NCBI GenBank assembly: GCA_026396515.1 | Contig: JAPLWQ010000001.1 | Location: forward strand, 64,564-128,563 | Direction of reading: 5' to 3' | DNA length: 64,000 nt | Source: Candidatus Magasanikiibacteriota bacterium | GTDB taxonomy: Bacteria > Patescibacteriota > Patescibacteriia > Magasanikbacterales > GWA2-37-8 | Shown: positions 48,801 to 57,900 of the stretch, in pieces | Layout of the letters: the number at the start of each line of letters is the position of its first letter | Numbering within the stretch: position 1 is the first letter of the stretch | Program-made: the position numbers and the translations under genes | Notes under the pieces: generated by a model | The model's input: only the letters and a program-made list of their open reading frames with translations | Database searches by the model: none | What the model was told of the DNA's origin: nothing

Positions 48801-49825
48801 CCATGGCCATGGTCGGCCGTGTTCCGGTTAAAATATCCACCATTAACGGCGACATCCAAAGAGGCGACCTTCTGGTCGCATCCGACATCCAGGGAACGGC
48901 CATGAAGTATGACCCGACCAAAGATGATTCCAGAAAGATCGTCGGCATCATCGGTATCGCCCTTGAAAACTCCATAAATGCCACCAACGGTAAAATCATC
49001 GCCTTAATCCGCACCGGCTGGGTTTACAACAAAACCGAAGCCGCCGCCAAACTGGAACAACAAGTCCAAACCATTGCTGCGGTTGAAGGCATCGACCTGA
49101 ACGCCGACCCGGCTGACCTGAATGTTGGCGGGGGTGGGGGAGAGTTGACATATTCGGGCGGAAATTTGAATTTGAATAATTATAGTATTTTAAATGTTAA
49201 ATCAATTGTTGGCGCGAGTAATAAATGGACGATTGATGACAACGGTTTGCTAATAGCAAGAGTGATGACCAGCCAGGGAGAAAAAAGCGTTTACGGATTA
49301 AGTTCTGAATCCGCTGAATTGCAACTATCCGGTTCGGCAGCGCTTGTGAACGGCGAAGCGAGAGTTATTTTTGCTACTGACACGCAAGAAATTATTGATG
49401 AGTCGGCGGTGATAAAAGTTATTCCTGCTTTGACTTCGGGTGAATGCAACGGAATATTTGTAAGTGAAAAATCGGCGCAAGGGTTTACAATAAAAGAATT
49501 AAATAGCGGAACGAGTGCAGCGACGTTTGACTGGATAGTGGTGGCCAAAAGAAAAATGATTTTGTCGGTTGAAACACCTGTGGTTGAAGATCTAATTGAT
49601 GATGGGTCGGGCGGCTCTACACCTTTGCCGGAAGATGGTGAAACGGCTACAACACCGCCAGCAGATGTACCGCCAACAGAACAGCCCCCGGTTGATAATC
49701 CTCCGGCTGATGTTCCGCCAGCCGAAACGCCCTTGGTTGATAATCCACCGTCTGAACCGGCGCCAGAAGTTCAACCTCCAGCTGAAACACCGTCCGCGGA
49801 AACCCCTCCGGCAGAAACCCCATAA
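39869..49825 (+). CDS. Giant adhesin/tail-fibre-like surface protein with an S74-like chaperone domain (start may be 39893 or 39926)
   Basis: Signal/TM, ITYQGKL domain, many GNVGIGT and NTAxG repeats, WYPRKAAFRAG modules, SSRAIKQDI..YGFIA motif, Pro-rich tail. Confidence 0.9.
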   Translation: MSIQFKPTMNLLSEKVVKKMTSHKAVILKLFGCFCLFTFISLGIVLVARSATPPSIITYQGKLLVGGSSASTTENMYFVLYDAPTGGTPLYTASGTLGATSSIAVTPFAGLFTVNLGDTGTNSLDPDIYKNNSAVYLEVRVGSEILTPRKRISSAPYAFNAKYLDGVAPSTNTNTAHIPVSDSSGNFNFNNITSTGAYVSGILSVVGNSYFGNIASGTWSGTAIGASRGGTGADSSGWTGFAYVSGGAWTSTTSIPAGSLPSNIMLEGENISLLNNDAGYVTSSFTPAGMVTGTGSNGQVTFWTGTSSVSGSSTFIWDNTNGRLGIGIPSPADAVDVVGNININAGGYYKYDGVNFAMAQPVLENFFTGGSGNLSMTGMYNVANGYRAFIANTTGFNNTADGAYSMYSNTTGNNNLASGVQALYWNESGSGNTGVGSNALASNTSSDANVAVGYGALYYNIVASNTAVGYEALLNNTTGGMNTANGYQALRSNTEGWENTATGFQALFSNTTGELNTAYGAGALMSNTTGSSNNAFGENALSSNSIGHDNTAIGENSLRDNTVGYYNTAVGSYSLVSNLTGIENIVVGSNALNYNETGSYNTALGNFALSFNVSSSANVAFGHASLYSNVAASNTAIGYRSGTNVTSGARNILVGYQAGESLITGSHNIVIGYDIDTPSLSSVDTLNIGNLIYGTGVDGSNTTISSGYIGIGTSTPLYKLTVAGDFAATGTIRVGNSMSAGTYGQLLMSTATSAQWISTSSLGLGNVSGTGLANHVSYWSSATSQTYDSDGNFYWDSTNNRLGIGTSTPQHTVEVMSTGLGNGIVVSSGTYMMAGIGNHGAYADAGALAAFYQGTMTALIGATGTSYIRGGFEVGPNAGLAGPEFKVDSNGNLTRINDITYSWPSVQGTAGTILQNTGAGALAWAATSSLGFASSSGSNEYIQNQFASNQSASFRIGGIGAMNTTTIGTTTPEFSLSIGGDGGMLAVGPGLGDDSEGTVLTTSGTGTRMIWFPRKAAFRAGSVGEDGEYADAWDDANIGHHSTSFGGSNTASGKYTFAAGYGNTAATGFSFTLGARNFVDGSSDGPGALGSQNYVYANQGAMAIGRGNTVITPAGNSPAMAIGYFNSSTGAYSNSFGSYMNVSGEYAFGINVSTTPATLAQNNTIALMGGNVGVGTVTPEFRLSVDNDGGVIAKGTFGAGASLSTSGAGTRMFWYPRKAAFRAGRTIGSGWDDINIGEYSAAFGFDTVASGTASFAMGTQAVASEEHGTAIGMSVEASGYNAMALGYGVNVSGWGSFGLNVSTTYYPTVSQGNTIALLGGNVGIGTTVPNDSLDVVGNVDIAAGSYYKYNNVNFAMASTTLGNYFFGGAGNLLMTGDNNTAGGNGALSVNTSGQWDVALGSGALDANTGGNQNTAVGFSALGSNVSSGENTAIGTYALGNNNGGFFNSALGADALRMNTNGNDNNAFGFQALYRNTTGVSNLAFGGSALHENIGGGGNIAVGGGSLYSNIGGGQNTAIGLNTLYNNTSGDNNAVLGSNALYYNTTGLGNTAVGTYSGRGSGSDVNMRSVIDTYSTFLGYGASRDSSVASTTILTNATAIGYQAKVGANNAIVLGGTGSYAVNVGIGTISPTYRLTVMGDFAATGTIRVGDTMSAGTYGQLLMSTATSAQWISTSSLGLGNVSGTGLANHVSYWSSATSQTYDSDGNFYWDSTNNRLGIGTTTPEFRLSVENDGGIIAKGTYGSGATLTTSGEGARMIWYPRKAAFRAGYAYDTQWDDANIGDYSVAFNRNTIASGAYSSAFGRASVASGTYSTAIGYGSVAGGIASVAIGYTSQANASESIAVGTNMIVNGNYSFGLNVSSTSYTLSQANTIALMGGNVGIGTTTPSTLLHIAGTTTAQNIVPDMTGGSGNMSLYNLGASTTRWNSIWTGTTNIGTSTWSLTTAGDGRLGFFSQPNGGGSEYVTVATSGYVGFGITNPQLKLSMDTTAPNNWINGLNMVGNASPTVFLGNYNSSGYYSSMLALYDNTSADPFTLVAVGKSFFNYGLSVGVATQTYSQPLFTVGNAYQFGVNSSGNLVRINNVTTSWPGTQGAAGSILQNNGAGTLTWASTSSLGLASSSGSNNYIQNQSSANQSASFRITGTGTLAAVGIGVTNPAKSLDVNGSAIFNKQCSGHSDCGTGGVCSGGYCIAGSEMSKIGVGTITPEFSLSMDYDGGIIAKGTYGSGATLTTSGAGTKLIWYPQKAAFRAGYVNGTQWNDANIGAYSAAFGNNNTASGASDFAAGNGNTAGGGASVAMGVSNVASGYGAIALGALNNSTANYAVTMGYGNSASGVSQAQAYGNYAISDSQNSIAFGNYVTSSNYASMALGHKMTVSGGYSFGVNVSDTPATLSQASTIALMGGKVGIGTTTPEFRLSIDNDGGIIAKGTYTTGATLTTSGAGTRMIWYPRKAAFRVGAVGILTNSDGWDDSKVGMASFVAGADSIASNTLSVAFGYNNFSTGPASFVGGANSTSSASTSFAYGNGVVSSGNRSFAIGNFTVASGTNSFAGGMEGTIASGDNSFAFGNAAVTLGTNSFAGGMFSTAGGENSIAFGNNVEATGINSVGFGMDTIVSGDSAFAFGVQTTTAAGDASFAGGVRAYAGGDYSFAFGADTTSTGGNSFALGSDITVQGLNSFGISLMGGADRLVTSNNVMAIMGGNVGIGSSSPNYLLSMEASGGGFYSVADKQWHAGSSRAIKQDISVISSDQRDDLLTLLDNIEINKYRFISDFNENGADAIWQYGFIADDTDELLSGRNHDGVAMGSAIQFLLTNLQTIYRAFNPIDLAIDVNTSSISFNTNKLSFSTSTIFETAVSNDSNARAFVFNAINFNTSTSDRYLLSLRSNNTPVFSVTANGDVHSSGNIYAASAVLGTSTNPGDLAERVDIAMEENVEPGDVLMVDENNPDSYRRTAQAYEPTVAGVVSTNPTIIVGNGKTEQTAPMAMVGRVPVKISTINGDIQRGDLLVASDIQGTAMKYDPTKDDSRKIVGIIGIALENSINATNGKIIALIRTGWVYNKTEAAAKLEQQVQTIAAVEGIDLNADPADLNVGGGGGELTYSGGNLNLNNYSILNVKSIVGASNKWTIDDNGLLIARVMTSQGEKSVYGLSSESAELQLSGSAALVNGEARVIFATDTQEIIDESAVIKVIPALTSGECNGIFVSEKSAQGFTIKELNSGTSAATFDWIVVAKRKMILSVETPVVEDLIDDGSGGSTPLPEDGETATTPPADVPPTEQPPVDNPPADVPPAETPLVDNPPSEPAPEVQPPAETPSAETPPAETP
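42032..42282 (+). repeat. ~250-bp intragenic module, near-identical at about 44780-45024 and 58272-58522
   Basis: Shared DNA such as CATACTGGAGCAG.GCCACCAGCCAAACATATGACAGCGACGGAAA in all three copies. Confidence 0.9.
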
Positions 49826-50094
49826 TTTAAATCTACGCTCCGCGACTTGCGGAGCGTTTTTGGCTAAGGTAATAGTAAATTTGCCTAACCACTCTTGACA
49901 GAATGTATTAAAGAGATATATTATATGTAGTTCTATTCTTGTCATTCTGAACACAGTGAACGAACCTTTCTTTCATTGTATTCAGGATGATAATTCGTCC
50001 TTTGAAAATATATTGAGGCAAATAAAAATTGTAAACTCACCCGATCTCATCGGGTAATTCAGCGGGGTGTCTGCTCCGCACGAGAGGTAGAAAA

Positions 50095-51783
50095 ATGTTC
50101 AAGACGATTTGGTTCGTGATGCTTGCGCAGGCCATGGCGACCATGTCCTTCACCGCTTGCGGCGACGATGAGAACGCAAACCCCGACAGCGACTCTGACA
50201 CTGACACGGATGTCGATACCGATTCCGACACGGATACGGACACGGACACCGACACGGACACGGACACGGATACCGATTCGGACTCGGATACCGACACTGA
50301 TTCCGACACCGACACTGACACGGATACCGACGCTGACACAGACACCGACACGGATACGGATACCGACACCGACACCGACACGGATACGGACGGTGACACC
50401 GACCTCGGCCCGTTCATCGTGGACGGTGCCATGCAGAAGGGCCCGCTCCTCACCGGAAGCTCTCTGGATGCGAACATGATGGACGCGACTGGCATATGGA
50501 CCGGTGCGTCCTACCCCGCAGTCACCGAGGACGATCTCGGGACGTTCAGCATCATTGCCGCCACATCCGGCCCGACTGAGCTGGTGGGTAACGGCTTCTA
50601 CTATAACGAGATCATCGACGATCTTTCGGGGGCGGCCATCACTTTGCGGGCGCTCTACGAGATCACCGGCCCCGATCCGCAGCAAGCCTACCTGAACGTC
50701 TTCACGCATATGTCGAGCGGGTTGGCTCTCAAAACCTTCCGCGATAGCCTGGGTGTGACATCAGTCGCCGATTCGGTGGCTTATGCCGAAGATACGCTTT
50801 TCGACGAGCTCGGCATCCAGCACCCTCTCGGCGCGTTGGTCGGTCACGGCACGGATATGGATCTCACCGGTAGCGACAGCCCAGATAATCAGTACATCAT
50901 GGCAGTCAGCTGTATCATAGCCAAGGCCGCAGACCTGCGAGCTTCCACGCCCGATGAGGTGGACGCCCGCCTGCAGGAGCTTCTCAACAACATCCGAAGC
51001 CAGCTGCAAATCAGCGGTATGATCTCGGGTGAGTACAAGCAGTACCTGCGCGACGGCGAGGCGGCTTTGGACCCGATCGAGGGCTGCGTCACCAATCTCG
51101 AGAACTACTTGGAAGATGTGACCGGCGTACCGCAGACCTTGCCTGATCCGAATCAGGCGGCCGACAACGACGCCGACGGGATCACCAATGCCTATGACGA
51201 TGACATCGACGGCGATGGTGTCGTGAACGACAACAACGGCGACGACGTCCTTAACACCGCCGACTGCATCACGATTCCGCTCGTCGCCCCGTGTGAGGAC
51301 GAGTCTCCGTACAACAACACCATTGGTGGAGGCATCTACTTCGACTACGCGAACTCCCTCGCCTGGCAGGTCGAGCCGCCCTCTTCCTACTACAATTGGG
51401 ATGATGCGCAAGCCTACTGCGACGATCTCGATTTCAGCGGATACGACGACTGGCGCCTGCCGACCATCTGGGAATACCGTACGATCGTAAGCGGCTGTCC
51501 GGATAACGAAGTCCCGGACGGTGTCTGCGCGGTCGACGATACTTGCCTGGAAACATCCTGCGACAGTTTGTGCACGCACTGCACTCTATTTATGGGTCCG
51601 GCAGAGGGCGGGTGCTACTTCAACCCATCTCTGTCCGGCACCTGCACCGATGGGGTGTGGTCCTCGTCAACCACTACAGGATATATCTGGGTGATGGTTT
51701 TCAACGGCGGATACCCGGTCTGGACCGATGAAGCCAACGAAACATCGGCTCAGCCCGTCCGTTGCGTCCGCGACCTGATCTAA
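50095..51783 (+). CDS. Acidic lipoprotein with an Asp-Thr repeat and a C-terminal DUF1566 (Lcl-like) domain
   Basis: FTAC lipobox, (DT)n, QKGPL..GS, DxDxDG Ca-binding-like repeats, LAWQ..W..A..YC..GYDDWRLPT..WSS..VRCVR. Confidence 0.85.
   Translation: MFKTIWFVMLAQAMATMSFTACGDDENANPDSDSDTDTDVDTDSDTDTDTDTDTDTDTDTDSDSDTDTDSDTDTDTDTDADTDTDTDTDTDTDTDTDTDGDTDLGPFIVDGAMQKGPLLTGSSLDANMMDATGIWTGASYPAVTEDDLGTFSIIAATSGPTELVGNGFYYNEIIDDLSGAAITLRALYEITGPDPQQAYLNVFTHMSSGLALKTFRDSLGVTSVADSVAYAEDTLFDELGIQHPLGALVGHGTDMDLTGSDSPDNQYIMAVSCIIAKAADLRASTPDEVDARLQELLNNIRSQLQISGMISGEYKQYLRDGEAALDPIEGCVTNLENYLEDVTGVPQTLPDPNQAADNDADGITNAYDDDIDGDGVVNDNNGDDVLNTADCITIPLVAPCEDESPYNNTIGGGIYFDYANSLAWQVEPPSSYYNWDDAQAYCDDLDFSGYDDWRLPTIWEYRTIVSGCPDNEVPDGVCAVDDTCLETSCDSLCTHCTLFMGPAEGGCYFNPSLSGTCTDGVWSSSTTTGYIWVMVFNGGYPVWTDEANETSAQPVRCVRDLI
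50185..50403 (+). repeat. GAYWCN hexamer tandem repeat encoding (DT/DS)n
   Basis: GACACC/GACACG/GATACC/GATTCC units. Confidence 0.9.
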
Positions 51784-51811
51784 CCTGCCTCAATTCCGCT
51801 CTTTCCAACCA

Positions 51812-51848
51812 CGCCCGCCAAGTCACTGCGACCTCTGGCGGGTTTTTT
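51812..51848 (+). terminator. Intrinsic terminator
   Basis: CCCGCCA/TGGCGGG stem followed by a T-run. Confidence 0.7.
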
Positions 51849-51977
51849 AATTTAAAAAATAGGCCATATTTTTGTATAGGGGCCCATTATTCAAATGTGT
51901 GGATAACTTCTCCAAAAACATACTAAGTTGGCCTCAAAAATGGTATAATAATAACGGTTATACAATCTATACCGACT

Positions 51978-54900
51978 ATGAATTTTGTGTCGGAGAAGGT
52001 AGCGAAAAAAATGACATCGCATAAAGCGGTAATTTTGAAATTATTCGGTAGTTTTTGTCTCTTCGCCGGTTTTATTTCTCTCGCCTTATCTGCCCAGGGA
52101 GCTCAGCCCCCTCAGATAATCACTTACCAGGGCAAACTTCTTATCGGTGGGTCGCCTGCCTCCACCACGCAGAACATGTATTTTGTTTTGTATGATGCTC
52201 CCACCGGCGGTACACCTCTTTACACCGCATCCGGCACTCTGGTTGTCACTTCTTCCATCGCGGTCACTCCGGTTTCAGGATTGTTCACTGTAAACCTTGG
52301 CGACACCGGTACCAACGCACTTGATTCTAAAATGTTTCAAAACAACAGCGCCCTCTATATTGAAGTGAGAATTGGTTCTGAAATCTTGACTCCGCGCAAG
52401 CGCATCTCTTCCGCGCCCTACGCTTTCAACTCAAAATATTTAGACGGCGTTGCGCCGTCAACAAATACCAACACCACCCACATTCCGGTCTCTGACTCAT
52501 CGGGCAATTTTAATTTTAACAATGTCACTTCCACCGCTGCCTATGTGGGCGGAATTTTAAGCGTGGTCGGAAATTCATATTTCGGAAATATTGCTTCCGG
52601 CACTTGGAGCGGTACTGCCATCGGAGCTTCTCGCGGCGGCACCGGAGCTGATTCTTCCGGCTGGACCGGCTTTGCTTATGTGAGTGGTGGCGCTTGGACA
52701 TCAACCACTTCTATTCCTGCCGGTTCGCTCCCGAGCAATATCATGCTTGAAGGCGAAAATATTTCTCTGCTTAACAACGACGCCGGATATATCACCAGCA
52801 CATTGTCTTACGTTGAAACAGATCCTATTTGGTCAGCCGTTTCAACTTCCCTAACCGTATCCAACTTTGCCACTAACACAATATCGCAGTGGTATAACAA
52901 TGCAGGCTACATCACAGACGGTAATACCAACTGGGATAATTCATACGGTTTCATAACTTCCAGTTCGGCTGATAACTTAACCAACAAGACCGGCCTCATC
53001 TCCATGTGGACCAACAATGTTGGTTATATCACCAACACGCTTTCATACGTTGAGACTGATCCGATTTGGATGGCCGCTTCTTCAAGTTATTCATTAATCA
53101 CACATAATCATTACGGCGTTTACGCCTCTTCAACTCATTATCATACATCTACTACTATTTCTGACTTAGTTGTTGCTGATTTTGCCACACCAAACATTTC
53201 GCAGTGGACCAATGATTCCGGTTATGTCACTTCTTCTTATGTACCGACCGGAATGGTTTCGGGCACCGGTTCAAATGGCCAGGTTAGTTTCTGGACGGGC
53301 GCGAATTCTGTTTCCGGTTCATCCACTTTTGTATGGAATAATACGAATGGCAGATTAAGCATTGGCACATCAACAACAGCGTATAAATTATGGGTTGAAG
53401 CCGGAGCAAATGACGGCATGGTACTGACCAGAGGGGGAGTGCCGATGGCAGCGCTGGCAACAGGAGCTGCGGCGAATGGAGTGCTACAGCTATATAATAG
53501 TTCGGGTACGCTGGCCACACAATTAGGCACCGGCGCGCTTGAAATGATGAATTTTTCAGGTGTAACTACAACCCGTTTCTCTTCGGCCGGTTCGTCTTAT
53601 GTGACCGGCGGGCGGTTTGGTTCAGGTACAAGTTCATTGGATGCGCAGATCGTTATCCAACCGCACGAGTTCGGAATGGCGAATGTTTTCAAAATATATG
53701 ATTGGAATGGTTTGCCGATATTAAATGTTTTGCAAAATGGAAATTTCGGTATTCTAGACGATACTCCGGCAGCTGCTTTAACTGTTGGGAGTGGTGATTT
53801 ATTTCAGGTGAATTCAAGTGGAAACATAATTAGAATAAATAATGTTGCTTATTCATGGCCATCTTTTAATAACAGTACAAGCTCAATTTTATTAAATGAT
53901 GGTTCTGGTAATTTATCTTGGGCCACATCTTCGCAATTCGGCGGTAGTGGCACAAGTACTTCTCCGGGCGGTTCCAACATGGCAATCCAGTTCAACGATG
54001 CAGGCGCCTTTGGTGGTACCTCTACTTTCGTTTGGGATAATTCTACTGGCCGCCTTGGCATCGGCACTTCCACGCCCCAAACTCTGTTTCAGGTAGCTGG
54101 CGTTGCAACAATGCAGAATATTATTCCGGATGGTCCTTATACCGGCAACATGAGCGCCTACAACCTGGGCGCATCCACCACGCGTTGGAATTCCATCTGG
54201 ACCGGCACGACAAATATCGGCACTAACACCTGGTCGCTTACCACTGGCGCTGACGGACGGCTTGGCATATTTGACCAGTCTAACGGCGGTGGAAATGAGC
54301 TAATATCTTTTGCCACAAACGGCAATGTTGGTATCGGTACTGTAGCTACTAGTACAAGGTTCTATATTGATAATCCACAATCTGGATTAGAGTTGATTAA
54401 CTATACCGGTCTGCCCCAGAATATTAATAATATCCGGGTCACCAATGACAAGGCCTATTATATCGCCTGGGAAAGCGGCTTGGGAAGATATTATATTGGA
54501 ATTTCTGATGTTTCGGTTCAGTCTGCGCCGGCTCTTATATCAACGACAACCCCGGCGTATCCGGTATTAGCTTCAGGCGGTGAAGAGTTCGCCGCTGATG
54601 GAAATAATGTGTATATTGGCGTACGGGATGATGTCGCAGGAACGACCTCGGTCTATATTTATGATGTCACCACTCCGGCCTCCCCATCCCATGTCGGTAC
54701 GATTGGCGCTGGGACATCTACGATCGATGAAATGGACGTGCGCGGAAACAATTTGTACATTGCCACCTCAGATGTCGGCGGGGCGATGCTAAGTGTTTAT
54801 AATATCTCCGTTCCGTCTTCTCCCTCCTTCACCACTTCAACCGCCCTTATGGATGCTGCTCGTCAAATGAGCGTTGACGATAATTTTGCATACGTGGGTG

Positions 54901-57900
54901 AGAATTCACAATTGGAAATTTTTACTCTTGCCAATCTGGCGAATAAAACCAATATTCCATCTGCTTCTTCCCGATTTTCGGACGTGAAAAGATCAGGGGA
55001 TTATTTATTTGCTGTTGAGGAAGGTTATGGCGTCAGGTTTTTTAATGTCACCAATGAAATGACGCCGGTTGAATTGAATTCCGGATCACCATTCATTTCG
55101 AGTTATGGAGAAGTGTATCGTTTCGTGATTGATGGGACTATTGTTTATTCAACTATCCGGGATGAAGGTGTCGAAGCGTTTGATATTACAAGTTCAACTG
55201 ATTGGTCTTCATTGGCTTTTTTTGCTTATGAATATACACTGCCGCACATCGATGTGGATGCGGACCATTATATATATGCTGATGCCCCAAAATATACAGG
55301 CATTTTAAAATTAAATGTCGTAACCGGCGCGAAGCCATATGCGGCGATTTTTTCAGGTGGCAATGTTGGTATTGGCACTACCGCTCCAACCAAGGCCCTG
55401 ACTGTTGTCGGATCAATTGAGGCCTCCCGGGGTATTTATTTGCAATCAGCTGTTCCGGGTGATACGACAAACGCGTTATATAATGATGGAAGCACGTTAT
55501 ATTGGAATGGCGCCCCAGTAGTGGCTTCCACACTTCCGGGCGGTAGCTACGGCAATATCCAGTATAATGATGGCGCTGGTGGTTTCGCCGGCCTCGGGGG
55601 CTCTCTCCTTATCGGCGATTCGATGTATGTCGGCATGGGCAATGATACAAATTACCAATGGTGGACGGGTGAAGTCGCGGCAATTGGTGGTGCAGCTAAT
55701 ACTATTAATTCCAGTTACAGCGCAATTATCGGCGGCATGAGTAATACCGTAGGTTTAAATGACGGGACGTTTAATGGTCTGCGTGGCGCCCGGTCAGTCG
55801 TAATTGGTGGTTCAGGGAATATAGCCGGTAATTCCAGTACTTATCCCTTTGGTTATGCTGATGCCGCTGTAGTGGGCGGTATAAGCAATCAGGCGAGGGG
55901 TGAAAGGTCATTTATTGGCGGCGGCGCCCACAACAATGCTATGGGTGTGAATTCATACGCCTTTGGTTATGGTATGACCGTTTATGGAAATTATTCTTTT
56001 GGCATTAATGTCAATTCAAGTTCCTTACCAATATTGTCTCAAAACAATTCCATTGCCCTCTTGGGTGGCAATGTTGGCATTGGTAATAACGCCCCGTCTT
56101 ATCAATTGGATGTAAACGGTGACATCAACCTGAACGGCGATTTGCGCGTCAGCGGCACCGCCGGATCAATGGGGCAGATATTGCAAGCAACCGGTTTCGG
56201 CATGCAGTGGGTTTCCACAAATACACTTGGCATTACCGACACAACAAGTACCCCGGGCGGTTCGAATATGTCGGTGCAATTTAATAGTGCAAACACATTT
56301 GGTGGAACTTCCACTTTTGTTTGGAATAATACAAACGGTCGGCTCGGTATTGGCACTTCTACACCCGTAACCGCGTTATCAATAATCGCACCAACCGGGA
56401 ACAGCGGCATGCAGATAGCTAATACAAGCGGCCAAGCTGTTTTTGCAGCCGGTACGCACGCCATGGATACCTCTGCAGGTATAATGGCGATTTATTATAA
56501 TAATTCCGCATATTCATATTTGTCTGCCACAAGCACGCTGACACCTTATGCCTTAAGCCTCGCTTCCGGCGTATTCGCGGTTGAACATGACGGTAATTTA
56601 AATAAGATAAGAGGCATATCTTATTACTGGCCGACAAGCGCGGCAACTAATTCTTTTCTTTATTATAACAATTCGGGTGTTTTATCATGGGAAACTACCA
56701 GCTCGCTCGGCATAGGAGGCGGAGTTACCGGTTCCGGTACTTCCACCCAAGTTGCTTTTTGGAGCGGAGCTAATTCTCTCTCATCATCAAGTTCGCTTTA
56801 TTGGGATAATACTAATGGGAGGTTGGGGATAAATAACAGCGCTCCGGAATTCGCGCTGACGTTAGGTAATGACGGTGGTATTATTGCCGCCGGCACAGCT
56901 GGTTCTGGTGCAACGCTCGCTTCTGCCGGCGCCGGTACGCGAATGATCTGGTACCCAAGAAAAGCGGCGTTTAGAGCGGGTTATGTGAACAACACTCAAT
57001 GGGATGATGTCAATATCGGCGCTTACTCATTTGCCGGAGGCAACCAGGTGAGGGCAAGCGGTCAGGGGAGTACAGCATTTGGAACAGCCAGTATTGCAAG
57101 TGGCAACGGTTCGTTTGCCGCCGGCGATTTTGCTTCTGCCAGTGGTGAGTATGCTTTCGCCGGTGGTGAAGGTACGATTGCCTCGGGTAAGTCTTCTGTT
57201 GCTTTAGGTAATTTTACAGTTGCCTCGAATAATTATTCCGTTGCTTTAGGTAATTATACAGTCGCTAATTCAACGGGAGCTTTTTCCGCCGGCAACTATA
57301 ATACTTCTTCGGCGAATTATGCCTCTACTCTTGGCAGTTATAACACTGCTGCCGGAAATAGCTCACTTGCTTTAGGTTTGGGAAATTATGTGAATACAAG
57401 TGGTTTATATGGTGCAGTAGCTATGGGCAGCAGCTCATACGTTAACGCCCAAACAGCCATGGCTTTTGGACGCAATGTTACAACTACGGGAAATAATTCG
57501 ATAGCAATGGGCCAGTATTTAACTGTTAGTGGCGTGGGTTCGTTTGGCCTTAGTGTCAGTTCCACTCTTAATCCAACAATATCAAACAACAATGTAATCG
57601 CACTAATGGGAGGTAACGTCGGTATTGCAAATACAGGACCGACCGTAGCATTAAATGTTGGCGCCTTGACTGGTTCTGCGGCGGATGGTGGAATAATAGC
57701 TCGCGGAAATTTAGGGTCAGGCTCTATCCTGGATTCAACAAATTTACCGGCCGCCAGTGGCGCATATATGATTTGGAATCCGAGAAAGGGAGCATTCAGG
57801 GCAACAACTGAATCTTCCGTCACATATTTAAGGGATGGTTATGTCGGTATAAGTTCGGTGGCGATGGGCAATAATGTTATCGCTAGTGGAACAGCTTCAG

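Noticed and set aside
50037-50495. Ser-Val repeat protein
   Set aside because: Antisense reading of the Asp-Thr hexamer repeat.
51340-51783. Active DGR acting on the DUF1566 domain
   Set aside because: No reverse transcriptase or template repeat in the window and no obvious variable-region codon pattern.
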